Source: Entomortierella parvispora E1425 (taxonomy: Eukaryota; Fungi; Mortierellomycota). Taken from it: a stretch of DNA of 64,000 nt. Position numbers and translations under genes: made by a program. This document shows, one piece after another, positions 61,489 through 64,000 of the stretch; within the stretch, counting starts at the first letter, position 1, and every line of letters begins with the position of its first letter. Location: assembly GCA_020891255.1 (NCBI GenBank), contig BQFW01000006.1, positions 186,001 to 250,000 on the forward strand. Direction: 5' to 3'. The notes under the pieces were generated by a model. That model saw nothing but the letters and a program-made list of their open reading frames with translations. It ran no database searches and was not told where the DNA came from.

Positions 61489-62250
61489 GGGATGCATGGT
61501 AAAAGGATATCTCGCTGCTCTACCTCGAGCCGTCTGCATATTTGCAACAACGACCCTGCGATTGAACTGCAGTACCTTTCTCCAATCATAATTTCAAGAA
61601 AGAATAATCGGGGGAGGGATGCATTGTAAAAGGACATCCCGCTAGGCACCAAACAGGATGCCCGCATAGGCTACTCTACCTTGAGCCGTCTGCACAGTTG
61701 CAACAACGACCCTATGATTGAACTGCTACACAATCACAGTTGAGAGTGCACGAAGGTGCAGGACCTTTCTTCAATCATAATTAACATGAAGAATCAAGAA
61801 ACGGTGCATGGTGGGCGCAGAATGAATGAGCAGGGGAGGGATGCATTGTAAAAGGATATCCCGCTAGGCACCAAACAGGATGCCCGCATAGGCTACTCTA
61901 CCTTGAGCCGTCTGCACAGTTGCAACAACGACCCTATGATTGAACTGCTACACAATCACAATTGAGAGTGCACGAAGGTGCAGGACCTTTCTTCAATCAT
62001 AATTAACATGAAGAATCAAGAAACGGTGCATGGTGGGCGCCAGAATGAATGAGCAGGGGAGGGATGCATTGTAAAAGGATATCCCGCTAGGCACCAAACA
62101 GGATGCCCGCATAGGCTACTCTACCTTGAGCCGTCTGCACAGTTGCAACAACGACCCTATGATTGAACTGCTACACAATCACAATTGAGAGTGCACGAAG
62201 GTGCAGGACCTTTCTTCAATCATAATTAACATGAAGAATCAAGAAACGGT
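61489..62250. repeat. Tandem array 2: one deleted unit plus three units of about 222 bp, homologous to array 1
   Basis: The anchor GGGATGCAT starts at 61489, 61616, 61838 and 62061. The last two units are nearly identical. Confidence 0.93.
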
Positions 62251-63761
62251 GGATGTAGAAAAATATGAGGGGTGGAAATGAAATCAAAGTTGACCATTGG
62301 TGTGATTACCTTAAACGTAAAGAACAGAGACGCGATTCAGTCTGCATGCGAGGTGACGGAGTGGGCGCACGGCAGCAGTTCAAGCAACGACGGATGAGGA
62401 TGGAGGTGACATGCATCGTGCATGCACTCGCGGTCGTTTTTTTCATGTCTCGTGCCACGTGACCCACGTGATGGAAATGAAAGCGCGCTGCGCGACTTGG
62501 CAGCGCTTGGATCGCCTTGTGTCATTCCCGCCTTTCACGCCGTCATTGACTTGCCTTCTTGATAATCAGTTCTCATAATCAGGGAACCACCAAATTACAC
62601 ACGAAGGACTTAGAAGTCATTTCCCCTCTCTTCTATGGTGGTGTACTAAGCGGCAATTGATTTGTATTTTGATGATGACCGTCTTTTCTAATGAAAAACT
62701 CCTCATATCATCTTTAGACTGTTGATATCCAAACCAACAAACCGGCTTGGCTGAACGTACATGCTACATATTGGCGGTCCTACGTTCTGCTCCGACAGTA
62801 AATAGCTGCAGATACCAAATCTCATTGCCGCAGGACGCTTTGGCAAAGCTGCTTTGCATCGTTTTGGTCTTTGCCTTGAGGATGTCCGCCTCGCAGTCCA
62901 GGACTTGGTGACATCTAGCGATATCAGAGAGGTGTTTGCATTGTATGGAGAAGCCAAGACCTCGGGGTGCTGGCCATGAAGGGAATGTATCACCGTAACT
63001 CCTTCTGTTATGCATTTTTCGGCAACCCACATCAGTCTCTGCGGAAATGGGGGTTGGAAGTCAAAATCACCAAGGTAAGCGAGGCGCTAATACCCAACTG
63101 AGATTCGTGTTCAAATACCTATTATGGTGACCTGTTATATTCTATTACTACCATTGCTCGTAGCCACTGCAGGACGATCTTGAACGAGTTGATATGGAGA
63201 TCCTCATTCCAAGTTGCGCCCTAGCGCTCTGGAGTGGAAAGTGATCGAACTAGAATACTTGGATCTGGGCGCCGTGAGCTCAAGGGAAGAAAAAGTGGAG
63301 GTTCTGAGGGGAATTTGGGCGAAACGAACGAAAGGAGAGAACGACTGACCATCAAAGAATGGGTCTTACATGGTCCCTGGATGGATAACGGTCTGCTCTC
63401 TCTGCAAAGTTCCTCTTTGCACAAAGAACGATCGAAACTGTTTTGAGGAGTGCCATACGCCTCTCGAGTTTTAGAATAAACCATCGTGAAAAGATATCGT
63501 CTCTTGGTCTTCTCCCGACCATGTGATCGTAGAGCATGAAAGGAGATAGCGACAAGTGTGTTTCCTACTGAGCTGGATGTGTTATGGGTTGTGTTTTCAG
63601 AGGACGGGCCACTGGGTTCCATCAGTTGAACCACGCGCAAGGAACTGATAAAAAGAGGATAGACTATGGGAAAAGCAGCACTTTGGTCATTCGTACGCCT
63701 TCACTTTCCATTCTTTGGATCCTCCTTTCAAATCATCAACAGCTCCAGCTCCTCCAACCCA

Positions 63762-63792
<31 letters not shown>

Positions 63793-63959
63793 CATTAGTC
63801 TTCATTCTCCTTGTTTACTGCACCGTCATTCACCCTTTCGTGGACAAAGCCTGTATGCTTTTCGTTGCATTTCGCTACCATCTGGACCCCGCCAGAGCTA
63901 GACAAGCAAAAAGTAATGACACCAACTTTCTTCTAAACACAAAAATGCCATAGATTACC

Positions 63960-64000
63960 ATGGGAATCCAGGGCCTTGCAGCTAGGATCAAATCGACCGA
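63960..64000 (+). CDS. Start of a possible XPG/FEN1/EXO1-like PIN nuclease, cut by the window end
   Basis: Only MGIQGLAARIKST is visible, resembling the MG(I/V)xGL N-terminal motif. Confidence 0.3.
   Translation, partial: MGIQGLAARIKST

Noticed and set aside
58100-62250. Tandem 222-bp units considered as 5S rRNA, tRNA or SL-RNA arrays
   Set aside because: No A/B or C boxes, cloverleaf, or 5S/Sm-site signature recognisable.
62600-63650. Protein-like fragments on both strands
   Set aside because: Interrupted by stops, with no family recognisable; possibly a relic but unsupported.

Overview
Eukaryotic, intron-rich fungal DNA (GT-AG introns of 50-150 nt, long poly-A/T tracts, microsatellites). 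Gene families and intron style suggest Mucoromycota, probably Mortierellaceae (inference). A housekeeping core at about 21.5-48 kb holds Lhs1/Grp170 ER Hsp70, a DUF4112 protein, ArsH, mitochondrial citrate synthase, a CaMKK/Ssp1-like kinase, 3-phosphoglycerate dehydrogenase and a class I cyclic-nucleotide phosphodiesterase. Two accessory islands flank it. The left island (1-21 kb) has an intronless HEAT-repeat gene, two paralogous Crinkler/CR-type PD-(D/E)xK nuclease genes, an orphan Crinkler N-terminus, a decayed Mutator element whose transposase appears fused to Ulp1-like and RS-rich modules, a duplicated 3' end of LHS1, a TlpA-like thioredoxin and a secreted Kex2-processed repeat-peptide precursor. 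The right island (53-64 kb) has a Crinkler-NTPase-nuclease pseudogene, more nuclease-family genes and fragments, and about 222-bp tandem arrays in their 5' regions. Top leads: (1) a precursor for 8 Cys-x5-Cys loop peptides, lying with a thioredoxin between 700-bp direct repeats; (2) a tandem pair of intact nuclease paralogs in which the second has lost all three catalytic residues; (3) a PDE lacking the invariant substrate-binding Gln. Exon models were derived by hand and no database searches were run.
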